From: an uncultured delta proteobacterium
GTDB taxonomy: Bacteria; Myxococcota_A; Polyangia; Polyangiales; Polyangiaceae
Direction: 5' to 3'
DNA: 64,000 nt
Assembly (NCBI GenBank): GCA_963696385.1
Contig: CAVOKF010000007.1
Coordinates: forward strand, 864,001 to 928,000
The notes under the pieces are model-generated. The model worked only from the letters and a program-made list of their open reading frames with translations, had not been told where the DNA came from and ran no database searches. The translations under genes and the position numbers were made by a program. Each line of letters opens with the position of its first letter. The first letter of the stretch is position 1. Below are positions 1 to 11,280 of this stretch, one piece after another.

Positions 1-209
1 ACGTACCCTTCCTCGATGAGGGCACGCACGAGGGCCACCGAAAGGCCCAGGCCCATGAACGGCGACGAGTCGATGGCGGCCGCTTCGGCCTGCGTCAACG
101 GGGCCGGAGCCGGACGCGGCACCCTCTTGGGGGTTGCCGGCGGACTCACGGATCGGGGTACGCCGCCGGGTCGGCGCGCGGGCCGACTGCGACGATGAAA
201 TGTATTCAC
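1..209 (-). CDS. DEAD-box RNA helicase, N-terminal part (runs off the left edge)
   Basis: Manual minus-strand translation gives ...DSSPFMGLGLSVALVRALIEEGY, matching the FxxLGLS...AL...GY lead-in to the DEAD-box Q motif. GTG start at 209 is a best guess. Absent from the ORF track because it is truncated. Confidence 0.75.
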   Translation of the reverse strand, partial: MNTFHRRSRPARRPGGVPRSVSPPATPKRVPRPAPAPLTQAEAAAIDSSPFMGLGLSVALVRALIEEGY

Positions 210-488
210 GAATTTCTTGGTCTCTCTCCGCGGCGGCGCCCATTTCGGGCGCGGTCGTTGCACGGTTGCCCGCGCTGCCGCTGCGGCGGGCGTTTGCTCA
301 GGACCCTTATGGGACCGTCATCACGCTCCGGGAGCCGCAGGCGTGCCGCGCGCTTTGCCGAAGCACCGACTCAAAAAAGACCGCGTCGCACCACTGCGTC
401 GCGTTGGCCGGCTGTCGTGAATACTTGCTTAATAGCGTGCCAAGGCGAGAACCGCAAGGCGCACTCGAGCCGCACGCACATCGCCACG

Positions 489-518
489 GGAACTTCAGCC
501 TTAGGAACTTCAGCCTAA
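489..518. repeat. 15-bp tandem direct repeat GGAACTTCAGCCT(T/A)A x2, possible regulatory site
   Basis: ggaacttcagcctta ggaacttcagcctaa read directly, in the intergenic region upstream of the helicase. Confidence 0.6.
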
Positions 519-621
519 GGACAACCTAGTACCTCGATTCCGCGGAATGGAAGGGTCGTTTTCCGCGATATTCCCGACGGGATCGGGTGGTCTCACCCCT
601 CCGTTTCATGGAATCGGGGTA

Positions 622-1011
622 CTAGGACGCTTGATACTCGGCCACGGCGTCGAAGTGAAGGACGCGCGAACAGGCGGCGGTCCCAAGCGAACCGACGCAG
701 TCGTCCGCACCGGCGAACCCGGTCCGATGCGCGTGGAGCGCCTGCATGACCGCGAACGTGACGTCGTGACCGCCATCGGCGCAGTTGGGGTCTCCGCATG
801 GAATCAAGAACAGCGCAGGCGCGTTGGCAACGACGATGCGACGAATGTATTTCGGTTGGCTGACCGACGACGCGGCCGACTTCTCTTCAATCTCGAAGCG
901 CAAACTCCGAAGCTCGGGTACCTCGCGCGACAGCCTTGGAGCGCTGTTTTCGCGCTCTCGACAATCGGCCGCACGCTGAGCTGCGGCACTCTGCTTTCCG
1001 AATCGCTGCAT
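622..1011 (-). CDS. Hypothetical protein with four spaced Cys and a His (possible metal-binding)
   Basis: ATG at 1011 preceded by GGAGG; protein-like composition; motifs PCGDPNCADGGHD and DCVGSLGTAAC. Confidence 0.75.
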   Translation of the reverse strand: MQRFGKQSAAAQRAADCRERENSAPRLSREVPELRSLRFEIEEKSAASSVSQPKYIRRIVVANAPALFLIPCGDPNCADGGHDVTFAVMQALHAHRTGFAGADDCVGSLGTAACSRVLHFDAVAEYQAS

Positions 1012-1213
1012 CACGTGTCGTGTCCTCCCAATCGATCTCAGCGTAGCACTTTGACCCGACGACGTCCCGGGCCCTCGAGCTCGCATGGCAGCGTCACGAG
1101 CTCGACACGAACACGCGAACGACCCCGGCCCTCGGACACGGTCACGAAGGCGTGTGACCGCGGTAGCGCAGCAGGACGTGCGGCGGGCGCCAGCCCAAGT
1201 ACGATCCCAGGCG

Positions 1214-2009
1214 ATGACCCGAACGCTACTCGACCACCCCCTTCTGAGCTCACGCTACTTCTTTCCGCGGCGCGGATCGCTCCACGATGCGTTCCTCGTC
1301 ACGACGGCGGACGGTTCGGCCCAGCTCGCGTGTTACCGCGCGGCACCGCACGCCGACGCGCTCACCGTGCTTCACTTCCACGGCAACGCCGAGATCGTGT
1401 CCGACTACGTACCCGAGGTCGCCGAGGTCGTGACTTCATTTCGGGGTCAACGTCGTTTTTGCCGAGTACCGGGGCTACGGCGCATCGACGGGAAGCCCTT
1501 CTCTCGGGGCGATGATCGAGGACGCCGAAGGGGTCTTTCAAGCGGTCGGTTTGCCTGCCGATCGCATCGTAGCGTTCGGGCGGTCGCTCGGTTCGCTCTT
1601 CGCCGTCGAGGTCGTGGCCCGGCACCCCGACGTGGCCGGTCTCGTCATCGAGAGCGGGATCGCCGATCCTCTCGAAGCCACGATTGCGCGCGTGTCGGCC
1701 GAGGATCTCGGAACGTCCCCGGATGCGCTCGCGGCGGAGGTGGCGGCCCGGTTCGACCAGCGCGCCAAGCTCGCGGCGTACCGGGGTCCCATCCTCGTTT
1801 TGCACACGGCGCAGGACATGCTCATCCCGGCTTCGCACGCCGAGCGCCTGGCCTCCTGGGGCGGCGCACCCGCCGCGGAGAAGAAACTCGTCATCTTCCA
1901 GCAAGGCGATCACGGCACGATTTACCCGGCCAATCGCGACGCCTACATTGCGCAGCTCGGTAGTTTCCTCGGGCGGCTCCGCGCACAGGACTCGATGCGG
2001 CGAGGATAG
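1214..2009 (+). CDS. Alpha/beta hydrolase, +1 frameshift near 1440
   Basis: HFHGNAE in the first frame; AEYRGYG, GRSLG nucleophile elbow, Asp and GDH in the second frame. Removing one base at TCATTTCGGG joins them (span 796 = 3n+1). Confidence 0.85.
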
Positions 2010-2013
2010 AAAC

Positions 2014-2610
2014 CTACGCGGTCGCCCGTAAGGTCGGCTGCAGACGTTCCCATTCCCGGCGTACGTCCGCCTTGGTGAACAGCGCTTGAACGGATACGTC
2101 CGACCCGGCCGCGCGTTGGATCCTCTCCAGACCGCCGTCCTCTTCCCGGTCCACCAGGACGATCACCTGCAAGACATTCAGGCGCTCGGCTCGGGCCTTT
2201 TGGATTGCGTCCTCGGTGGATCCGCCCGTGGTCACCACGTCGTCGACGATGACGACGTTCGCCCCGTTGGGCACATCGCCTTCGATGAGCTTTCTCGACC
2301 CGTGCTGCTTGGACTCCTTGCGCACGCTAAACCAGCGGAGATTGCGACCGCCGGCACTGACCAACGACGTGGCGTAGGCGATGGGATCGGCGCCCATCGT
2401 CAGGCCACCCACCGCGATCGCCCGAGGGTCGGCGCGCTCGAGGATCAGGGCGGCGACCCAAGGACCGGCCTCCGCATGGCTGAGCGCCATCTTGCAGTCG
2501 ATGTACTCGTTGCTGACCTTTCCGGAGGCCAGCATGAAACCTTCGGGCTTGTACCGGTACGAGTACTTCGCCAAAAGCGTCAGCAAATGTTCCAGATCGT
2601 GTGTGGCCAT
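2014..2610 (-). CDS. pyrE: Orotate phosphoribosyltransferase
   Basis: FMLASGKVSNEYIDCK, GGLTMGADP, VRKESKQHG and the PRPP-binding motif VVIVDDVVTTGGS. Confidence 0.95.
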   Translation of the reverse strand: MATHDLEHLLTLLAKYSYRYKPEGFMLASGKVSNEYIDCKMALSHAEAGPWVAALILERADPRAIAVGGLTMGADPIAYATSLVSAGGRNLRWFSVRKESKQHGSRKLIEGDVPNGANVVIVDDVVTTGGSTEDAIQKARAERLNVLQVIVLVDREEDGGLERIQRAAGSDVSVQALFTKADVRREWERLQPTLRATA

Positions 2611-2642
2611 GACTCGCCCTTGGAAATGAGGTCCGTGGCAAC

Positions 2643-5600
2643 CTACGCCATTTCGTCGGCATGGGTGGGCTTTTGGGCCCGGGTCGGCAGCCGCGAAGCC
2701 ACGCGCTCCGGAACCTCCTCGTGGTCAATCAGCTCGCCGTCCCGAAAGACGAGCCAAGGCCCATGCGTCGACGCAACCCGCGGACCGGGCGTGACGATGC
2801 CCACGAGGTTGAGGGGATCGGACGCGCGCACGCGAACGGTATCGCCGACCCGCTCGGTACGGCGGACGCGTCGCAGTGCCTCGACGGCATCCGGCAGGGC
2901 ATACTGCTCGCCCATGAACCCCGCGACGAACCGCCCTCCGCGCGCGGTCCCGCGCGCCTCGCGCCGCCGGAGCGCGCGTAGAACCTCGCGCCAGGGCGTA
3001 GAAAAGCTCTCGCGGGCGACCAGATCGCGGAAGACAACGCCGTAGCGTGCAAGCAGCTGGCCCGCGACGCGATCGGCGAGATCGTCTACGGCGGTGGGGT
3101 CGGCGGAGCGCTCGACCAACGACCAGCGGCCCTGCGCGGCGCGTCCGCGACGGCGCACCGCGCGCCCGGAAGCCATCGAAATCGCGCAACGGCTGAAAGC
3201 CGTCGCTCGCGACCCGACCGCGGCCGACCAAATCCCACAAAGATTCGACGAGATCCTTGGGCGCGAGGCGGCAAGCGGCAGCGAGATCGTCCGAGAAGAG
3301 CGCGCCCCTTCGTCGCAGCGTGTCGACCACGGCGGCGGGACCGTCGGTCGTCGGCGCCAGCGGGTCGTCGCTGCCGCGGACGGCCTCGAGCAGCCAGCCG
3401 AGATCGCGTCGCAGCACGATCGAGATCGGCGTCGCGCGCGACGTCGATCCCATGGCCGACGACGTCGACCGGCGCGTCGACAGCCTGGCCCACGCCACGT
3501 CGCCCGCGAGGCACGCCTCATCGAGCCACTCGGGACGATAGCCGGCGACGCGCGAAGCGAGCACGTCGCCCTCCCACGCGGCGGCGGCGATCTCGAAACC
3601 TTGGAGCTTCTCGATCGCGTCTCGCAGCCCTGCCCGCCCCCCGGTCCGAGCGCGCGCCGACAGGTGATGCCGTTCGAACAAGTAGCGGAGCAAGTCTCGG
3701 GCGCTGACGGGCTCGATCTCGCTTCGTAGCCGATCGAGGGTGAGCCGATGGATGCGAGCCAGCAAGCGTCGATCGCAAAATTGCTCGTCGGCCATGCCGG
3801 GCGTGAAGCGGCCGCGCAGGACACGCCCCTCGGTCTCGAGCTTCGCCACGGCGACCGCGACGTCGCCCTCGGGCAAATCGACCGTGGTCGCGAGCGAGGC
3901 GACCGTGAACGGCCCTACGATCTCGGCGTGCCCGCGGACCACGGACAGAATCGCGTCCTCGCGCAGCGGGGGCGAAGCCGCCAGGTGCGCGGGCAGCGCT
4001 ACTTTGGGCGTGCCGGGATACAGCACCTCCACGGTCGGCGCGTTTTCGACGGCGAACGCGAAACGCCCCGCGGTCGCCGTGCGGCCTTCGCAGCCGAGCC
4101 GTGCGAGCCACGCGGCCCAGTCGTCACGGGCGGGTGCGACGACCAGCCCGAGCAGCGCATCGTGCAACTCGTCGGCGTCGCGCGGCTCCGGCCGGGCTTC
4201 GAGGACCACCCGAGCGATCGCATCCGGATCGAGCGCGCCGAGGTCGCGCTGGTGGTCGGGCAACGTGCGCCGCAACGACAACGCTCGCGTGCGGCGCTCC
4301 TCGAGCGGGGCGTCGTCGAGAAAGGCATAAGGCTTGGCGTTGAGCGTCTCGTGCGAAAAGGGCGACGGCTCGGTCGTGTCGCGCGCGTGGAGGCGAATTT
4401 CGCCACGTTCCATTCGCTCGAGCAGGCCGCGCAGCCGCAGCGTGTCCATCGCCTCGAACAAGCAATCGTGGACGGTTTGGCGGACGAGGGGATGGTCGGG
4501 CAGATCGATCGGCCCGCGGCCGCCTTCCTGGCACGCGACCTGGGCGGGAAAAACGGCCGCCATCAAGTCGTCGGCGCGCATCCGTTGGATGGCGGGAGGA
4601 ACTTTTTTGCCTCTCTCGTAGCGCAGAACGGCCAGTGCGCGAGAGGCGTTCCAGCGAAAGCGGGTGCCGAACATCGGCGCGAGGAGAATGGCTTGCTCGA
4701 GGGTCGGCCGCAGGTGCTCCGCGCGTACGAAACGAAAGGCGTCGGAAAGCGGAAACCCGTGCGTCGTGCCGATCGACAGCACGATGGCGTCGTCGGTCGC
4801 CGCAGCCTGAAGCTCGAAGTCGAACGTCACGCAGAAACGCTTGCGGAGCGCGAGCCCGAACGCGCGATTCACGCGCCCGCCGAACGGGGCGTGCACGACG
4901 AGCTGCATGCCGCCCGCTTCGTCGAAGAAGCGCTCGAACACGACGTCTTGCATCGATGGAACGACGCCGAGCGCGTCGCGCTGTGCGGCAACGTAGTCCG
5001 ACAGTTGAGCGGCGGCCGACGACGATAAGCGGCACTCGGACTCGAGCCACGCACGCGCGCCCGTCGATGCGTCGAGTGCGGCCACGAGGTCGGTCCGAAG
5101 TCGGCTTACTTGCTCGGAGAGCTCCCAGGTCCGCGACGGGGCTTCCCCAAGCCAGAACGGCACGGTGGGAGCTTGGCCGTGAGCGTCTTCGACCCGCAAG
5201 ACCCCTGCACGCGACTCGACCCGGCGGATGCGCCACGATTGAGAACCGAGCACGAAGACGTCGCCCGCCATGCTCTCGATGGCCCAGTCTTCGTTGACGG
5301 TTCCCACGAGCGTCTCGTCGGGGTCCAGAATGACTCGGTAGTCCGCCAGGTCGGGAATCGCTCCGCCGTTGGTCAGTGCGACGATGCGGGCCGCGCGCCG
5401 GCCGCGCAGAATCCCGTGGACGCGATCGCGGTGGACGAGCGCCCCGTTGCGGCCGAGCCGCGGCGCGGCCCCTTCGGACACGCTGGCGACCACGGCGTCG
5501 AAGTCGGCACGGGACAAGCTCGCGTAAGGCGCCGCCTGACGCACGAGATCGAACAGCGCATCCTCGGTCCACTCGCGAACCGCACATTCCGCCACGATCT

Positions 5601-6831
5601 GTTGAGCGAGGACGTCGAGCGGCGCCTCGGGGGGATCGACGCGATCGAGGGCCATGGCGGCCACCGCGCGTACGAGCGCGGCGCACTCCACGAGATCGTC
5701 GCGCGTCGTGGCAAAGAGTCGACCGCGCGACGTGCGCCCGAGCGCGTGCCCCGATCGCCCGACCCGCTGGAGCCACGTCGCGATGGACCGCGGCGATCCG
5801 ATCTGGCAAACGAGATCCACGGCGCCCACGTCGATGCCGAGCTCGAGCGATGCCGTCGCGACGAGGGCCCGCATCTGCCCGGCTTTGAGGCGCTGCTCGG
5901 TTCGCAGTCTGCGCTCCTTCGAGAGGCTGCCGTGGTGGGCCGCGACGCCGTCCTCTCCCAAGCGCTCGGCCAAGTGGTGCGCCACCCGCTCGGCCATGCG
6001 CCGTGTGTTGACGAAGATCAGGGTCGTTCGGACGGTTGCGACGAGGGCCGCCAGACGGTCGTAGATCTCGGCCCACTGCTCGTGCAGTGTGACGGCCTGT
6101 AGGTCGGTTGCCGGCACTTCAATCGAAAGGTCGAGATCCCGTCCGTGTCCGACGTCGATGATGGAGCAGGGCCGCCCGGGACCGACCAAAAAGAGCGCGG
6201 CTTCTTCGATGGGATGCACGGTCGCCGACAGGCCGACGCGCTGGGGGCGGCGCTCCGCGAGCGCGTCGAGGCGCGCCAGCGACAGAGCCAAGTGGCTGCC
6301 ACGCTTGTCGCGCATGAGAGCGTGAAGTTCGTCGACGATCACGGTGCGGACGCGCCGAAGAACGTCACGCGCGCGTTCGGACGTGAGCATGAGGTACAGA
6401 GACTCCGGGGTCGTGATGAGCACCTGGGGCGCCGCCCGCACGATCGCGGCGCGCGCGGCCTGGGTCGTGTCGCCCGTACGCAGGCCCGTTCGGATGCCGA
6501 GCGGTGGCAACCCGAGTTCGTGCGCGGTGGCGCCAATGCCGGCCAGGGGGCCTTCGAGGTTTTTCTGAATATCGCCGCTCAGCGCCTTCAAGGGCGACAC
6601 GTAGAGAACGTCGACCTCGCCAGGAAGGTCGCCGCGCTCGGACCGCCGGACCAGACCGTCCAGGCCGGCCAAAAATGCCGCGAGCGTTTTCCCCGATCCG
6701 GTGGGCGCTGCGACGAGTGTATCGCGTCCGGCCAAAATCTCGGGCCAACCACGGGCCTGGGCCGCCGTCGGTGCGCCGAAAGCGCGCTCGAACCACTGAC
6801 GTACGGCGGGGTGGAATGCTGTGAGGGGCAT
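2643..6831 (-). CDS. lhr: Lhr-family ATP-dependent helicase, +1 frameshift near 3130-3185
   Basis: APTGSGKT, DELH, SAT, HHGSLS, QRVGRSGH. The Lhr C-terminal motifs (GRWSL, LLARYGVVFRD, RGGRFVAGFMGEQYA) continue in the adjacent frame ending at 2643. Confidence 0.9.
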
Positions 6832-6951
6832 GGGCGCCCGAGGAAACGCTAGCGCAGCTGTCCGCGGGCGACACGGTAAGCTCCGTCGACTCCACGCTCC
6901 AGTGGACTCCCGCGGGCGGTTTGCTTACGTTCCGGCCAAACAGAGGGTTTC

Positions 6952-7623
6952 ATGCGCCTTGTCTCTGCTGGGTCGTCGTTGCTCATGGTCTTGGTCGCGT
7001 GCGGCGGGCCGCAGAAGCCCGCCGAATCGGCTGACACGTCGTCGCTCGAGAGCAACTCGTCGTCGTCTGCGAAGGACGCGCCGGCCGCACCGGAGACCGC
7101 ATCGGCTCCGGCGCCTTCGACGACCGGCTCCACCGGCTCGGCGGAGGCTCCGTCAGCAGCCGCGGCGGCGGCCGCCGAGTCGGTCCATCCTGCCCCGGCC
7201 GCCACCGGGTCCGTGGACGGCAAGCCCTTTGCGCCGAAGCTTGCCCACGTGATCGGCCCGATGCAAAAGGACGGCCGCATTCTGCTGAGTCTCGACGAGC
7301 GAACCGAATGCTCGTCGCCGAGCGACGCGAAGCCGGACGACGCGTCCTTGACGATCCTGGTACCGTGGGAGGACGGTTACAAGGTCGACCTGTCCGCGCT
7401 CAAACGGGGGACCAAAAAGAAGCCGGGCGAAATCTCGTTTTCGCGCGTGAACGAAGCCGGAAAAAAGAACGTTTCGGCGACGTTCAAACCGAGCGGGCGC
7501 GTCACGATCGTCAAGGCCCCCACGCAAAAGGACGCCATCGGAAAAATGAAGATCGACCTGCAGAGCGGCGACTACATGCTCGCGGGCGATCTGGACGTGC
7601 AGGTGTGCGTCGCGCCGAAGTGA
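6952..7623 (+). CDS. Lipoprotein of unknown function
   Basis: Signal peptide with lipobox LVAC, Ala/Pro/Ser linker, beta-rich C-terminal domain. Confidence 0.8.
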   Translation: MRLVSAGSSLLMVLVACGGPQKPAESADTSSLESNSSSSAKDAPAAPETASAPAPSTTGSTGSAEAPSAAAAAAAESVHPAPAATGSVDGKPFAPKLAHVIGPMQKDGRILLSLDERTECSSPSDAKPDDASLTILVPWEDGYKVDLSALKRGTKKKPGEISFSRVNEAGKKNVSATFKPSGRVTIVKAPTQKDAIGKMKIDLQSGDYMLAGDLDVQVCVAPK

Positions 7624-7659
7624 CGAGAGCGGAGCGTCGGGTCGAGCCCCCGCGCGCTT

Positions 7660-9468
7660 TCAACCGACCCAGCCGCGCCCTCGCAAGGCGACCATGACCC
7701 GATCCGCGCTCCGCTCGAGAGATGAGGCACTCGTGTCGACGACGAGATCCGTCTCGCCGGCCGGATCCTCGTTCGACCCCCTGGGCTTGGGTGCCTCCTC
7801 GTCCGCGACCCGAACGACCAGCAGCCGCGCGGCGGCCCGAACGTCGGCGGCAAGCGGTTCACTGCTCGCGGCCTGCAGTGCGACAATCGCGAGCAGCCCG
7901 GAGGCGGCGATGGTCCGAGCCGCGCCGACGGCGTCGAGGGCGCCCTCGTCGGCCCGAACGACAACGCCGCTCGCGCCGAAATCGAACAGTCGTCGTTCGA
8001 GCGCGTAGGCCAGCGCAACCGCGCGCGACACCGCGGCGCTCCGTACGACGACGAGGCCCCCCGACGTGCCGAATCGTGCCCGACGCTCCCGGGTCCGCAC
8101 GGAAGACGGCGTCGCTCGCTCGCCGGAGCCGCCGTCGTCGGATCGGTGCGCCTCGTCTTGAAATCCGTCCGCATCGATCACCATGCCGGCGCCGACCGTA
8201 TTGTTGGAGATCGCGTCGATCAGAATGAACGATCCGGTCTCCCGGTTGGTCGGGTAGGCGTCGAGCAGGAGCGCGCGATGCGCGGTCAGTGTCACCCTTC
8301 CGATGTCATTCAGACCGAGAGTCGGCGCGGCGACTTCGTCGAGCGTGTCCATGTCCTTGCGCCAATGGATGCGGTCGACTTCGACCCGGACGATCTGGGT
8401 GGTGTGCTTGAGCAGATAGGTCTTGCTCGGGTCGAGGGGCACTTCGTGCATCCACACCAAATGGGCTTCGAAGCTGCGCGCGACCCGGGGCGACTGGCCC
8501 GGATGCACGAACATGTCGCCGCGGCTGACGTCGACTTCGTCCTCGAGCCGGATGACCACCGATTGGGGGGCGAACGCCTCGGCAAGCTCAGCGCCGTAGG
8601 AATCGATCGACTTGACGCAACTGCGCTTGCCCGACGGAAGGACGAGGATCGGATCGCCACGCTTGACGACGCCCGAGCTCACCCGGCCCGCGAAGCCCCG
8701 ATAGTCCAGATTGGGGCGCAGGACGTACTGCACGGGGTAGCGCAATGGCATCGCACGATCGTCGCGCCGCTCGTCGCGAACCGGCACGGTCTCGAGAAAT
8801 TCGAGCACGGTCGGCCCGTCGAACCAGCCGGTGTCCGGACTGCGGCGCACGCAATTGGCGCCCCGGAGCGCGCTGATGGGAAAGAACGTCACGCCCGCGA
8901 ACGAGAGTTGGTCGGTGAACGCCGAGAATTCGGACCGAATTCGGGTGAAGACCGCGCGATCGTACGAGACGAGATCCATCTTGTTCACGCAAACCGCGAG
9001 GTGCGAAATGCCGAGCAGAGACGCGATGTACGCATGGCGGCGGCTCTGCTGCAGGACGCCGAGACGCGCGTCGATCAGGATGACGGCGACGTTCGCCGTG
9101 GACGCACCGGTGACCATGTTGCGCGTGTACTGAACGTGGCCCGGAGTATCGGCGATGATGAACTTTCGCTTGTCGGTCGTGAAATATCGGTACGCGACGT
9201 CGATCGTGATCCCTTGCTCGCGCTCTGCAGCGAGGCCGTCGGTGAGCAACGAGAGATCGATCTCGGTGCCCTGCATTTGCGTCGCTTTCCGAACGGCCGC
9301 GAGCTGATCCTCGTAAACGGAGCCGGTGTCGAAGAGCAGCCTTCCGATGAGCGTCGATTTGCCGTCGTCGACCGAGCCGACGGCGACGAAGCGCAACAGG
9401 TCCTTGTCCTGGTAGCGGCGAAGGTACCCCTCGATGTCGCTCTCGAGGAGATCTCGGTCGGAGCCCAT
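7660..9468 (-). CDS. cysN: Sulfate adenylyltransferase large subunit with degenerate CysC-like tail
   Basis: GSVDDGKSTLIGRLL, EREQGITIDVAYRYF, DTPGH, NKMD; ATG overlaps the cysD stop (TGATG). Confidence 0.95.
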   Translation of the reverse strand: MGSDRDLLESDIEGYLRRYQDKDLLRFVAVGSVDDGKSTLIGRLLFDTGSVYEDQLAAVRKATQMQGTEIDLSLLTDGLAAEREQGITIDVAYRYFTTDKRKFIIADTPGHVQYTRNMVTGASTANVAVILIDARLGVLQQSRRHAYIASLLGISHLAVCVNKMDLVSYDRAVFTRIRSEFSAFTDQLSFAGVTFFPISALRGANCVRRSPDTGWFDGPTVLEFLETVPVRDERRDDRAMPLRYPVQYVLRPNLDYRGFAGRVSSGVVKRGDPILVLPSGKRSCVKSIDSYGAELAEAFAPQSVVIRLEDEVDVSRGDMFVHPGQSPRVARSFEAHLVWMHEVPLDPSKTYLLKHTTQIVRVEVDRIHWRKDMDTLDEVAAPTLGLNDIGRVTLTAHRALLLDAYPTNRETGSFILIDAISNNTVGAGMVIDADGFQDEAHRSDDGGSGERATPSSVRTRERRARFGTSGGLVVVRSAAVSRAVALAYALERRLFDFGASGVVVRADEGALDAVGAARTIAASGLLAIVALQAASSEPLAADVRAAARLLVVRVADEEAPKPRGSNEDPAGETDLVVDTSASSLERSADRVMVALRGRGWVG

Positions 9469-10382
9469 CAAAAGTAACCCTCGCGCTTCTTCATCTCCAT
9501 CGAGGCGTCCTCGTCGTGGTCGATGAGCCGCCCCTGACGCTCCGAGACGACCGCGAGCAGCATTTCGCGAATGACCTCGGGGAGGGTCGTCGCGCTCGAT
9601 TCGATGGCACCGGAGAGCGGATAGCAACCGAGCGTGCGGAAGCGCACGACCCGCTCCTGTGGCTTCTCGCCCGGATCGAGGCGCATGCGGTCATCGTCGA
9701 CCATGATCCAGGTCCCGGATCGTGCGACGACGGGCCGCGGTTTGGCCAGGTACAGCGCCACGATCGGGATTTCCTCGGTCCAGAGGTACAGCCACACATC
9801 GAGCTCGGTCCAGTTCGACAGCGGAAAGACGCGCACGCTCTCGCCGAGATTGATCCGGCAGTTGTAGAGCGACCAGAGCTCGGGCCGCTGACTCTTCGGA
9901 TCCCACTGGTGGAAGCGATCGCGAAACGAAAATACGCGTTCCTTGGCTCGCGACCGCTCCTCGTCGCGCCGCGCGCCGCCGAACGCGCAATCGAAGCGAT
10001 GCTTCGTGAGCGCCTGCTTGAGCGCATCGGTTTTCATGACCGTCGTGTACTTGTTGCTTCCGTGGTCGAACGGGTTGATGCCCTGCTCGACCCCCGACGC
10101 GTTCGTGTGCACGATGAGTTGCGCGCCGACCTCCCGGGCCGTCCGGTCGCGATGGGCGATCATTTCGCGAAACTTCCAGGTGGTGTCGATGTGCAGCAAC
10201 GGAAAGGGCAACGGCGCCGGGGCGAACGCCTTTTGCGCCAAGCGCAGCATGACCGAACTGTCCTTGCCGATCGAATAGAGCATCACCGGGTTTTCGAACT
10301 CGGCGACCGCTTCGCGGATGATGTGAATGCTCTCCGCCTCGAGAGTCCGCAGGTGCGTCAGCCTTCGCTTGTCGAGATCCAC
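9468..10382 (-). CDS. cysD: Sulfate adenylyltransferase small subunit
   Basis: [37 protein letters not shown]-terminal [13 protein letters not shown] start inferred. Confidence 0.95.
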   Translation of the reverse strand: MDLDKRRLTHLRTLEAESIHIIREAVAEFENPVMLYSIGKDSSVMLRLAQKAFAPAPLPFPLLHIDTTWKFREMIAHRDRTAREVGAQLIVHTNASGVEQGINPFDHGSNKYTTVMKTDALKQALTKHRFDCAFGGARRDEERSRAKERVFSFRDRFHQWDPKSQRPELWSLYNCRINLGESVRVFPLSNWTELDVWLYLWTEEIPIVALYLAKPRPVVARSGTWIMVDDDRMRLDPGEKPQERVVRFRTLGCYPLSGAIESSATTLPEVIREMLLAVVSERQGRLIDHDEDASMEMKKREGYF

Positions 10383-10530
10383 CGTGAAAACGTCCTTCGG
10401 TCGTTGCGACCGGTAAAGCGACGGAGTAGTGCACACCCGAGCATTCGGCGGCCGAGTGTAGCAAGCGAGACGTGCCGGCGCGGCGGCCGAAAGCCGATTC
10501 GACGACGATACTTGATCCGGCAACCTCAGC

Positions 10531-11280
10531 ATGGCCCGCCCTCCGCCGTCGGTTCGAAGCGAACGCAGTCTGGCCGCCGTGAACCGCGAATTTTACGACG
10601 CGCTTTGGGCGCACTCGCGCCTCGTGCCCGCCGAGCGCTTCAACACGTGGCCCCTCGTCCAGTCGCTTCTCGCTTCGTCGCCGTCAAGACTCGAAGTCGC
10701 TCCCGGATTGCGACCGCGGCTTCCGATCCAGGGAACGACGTTCGTCGACATGAGCGAGCCCGCGGTCGCCAAGCTGCGCGAGCACGGCGCCGATGCGGTC
10801 GTGGGGGCCATATCGACCCTGCCGCTGCCGAACGCCAGGTTCGATCTGGTCGCCGCCCTCGATATCGTCGAGCACGTCGACGATGACGACGCGGCGCTCT
10901 CGGAGCTGTCGCGCGTCGCGACAGCCGCCGCCACGCTGGTGCTGTCGGCACCGTTTCACCCGTCCCGGTGGACGGCGTTCGATGACCTCGTCGGCCACCG
11001 AAGGCGCTACGAGCCCGACGAGCTCGTCGAGAAACTCAGGCGCCATGGTTGGCGTGTCCAGGTGTCGGCTGTCTACGGCATGCAGCCGCGCTCGTCGCGC
11101 CTGCTCGATTACGCCGTTTGGCAACTGCAGAACCGCCGCGACAGGGCGATCTTCTGGTACGACCGCGTCATCTTGCCGCTGGCCGTCTTCTTCCAAAAAG
11201 GGCTGAAGCTCACGCCCGGGATGCTGGACGCGGCGGGCGTGGACGAGGCCCTTCTCGTTTGCCGCAAAGGCGACGCGTGA
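10531..11280 (+). CDS. Class I SAM-dependent methyltransferase
   Basis: LEVAPG (divergent motif I), [33 protein letters not shown]. Confidence 0.85.
   Translation: MARPPPSVRSERSLAAVNREFYDALWAHSRLVPAERFNTWPLVQSLLASSPSRLEVAPGLRPRLPIQGTTFVDMSEPAVAKLREHGADAVVGAISTLPLPNARFDLVAALDIVEHVDDDDAALSELSRVATAAATLVLSAPFHPSRWTAFDDLVGHRRRYEPDELVEKLRRHGWRVQVSAVYGMQPRSSRLLDYAVWQLQNRRDRAIFWYDRVILPLAVFFQKGLKLTPGMLDAAGVDEALLVCRKGDA

Noticed and set aside
3170..3190. Programmed ribosomal frameshifting as the cause of the split genes
   Set aside because: No shared slippery sequence or stimulatory structure, the genes are unrelated, and one lesion has the opposite strand orientation. A DNA-level or sequencing cause fits better.
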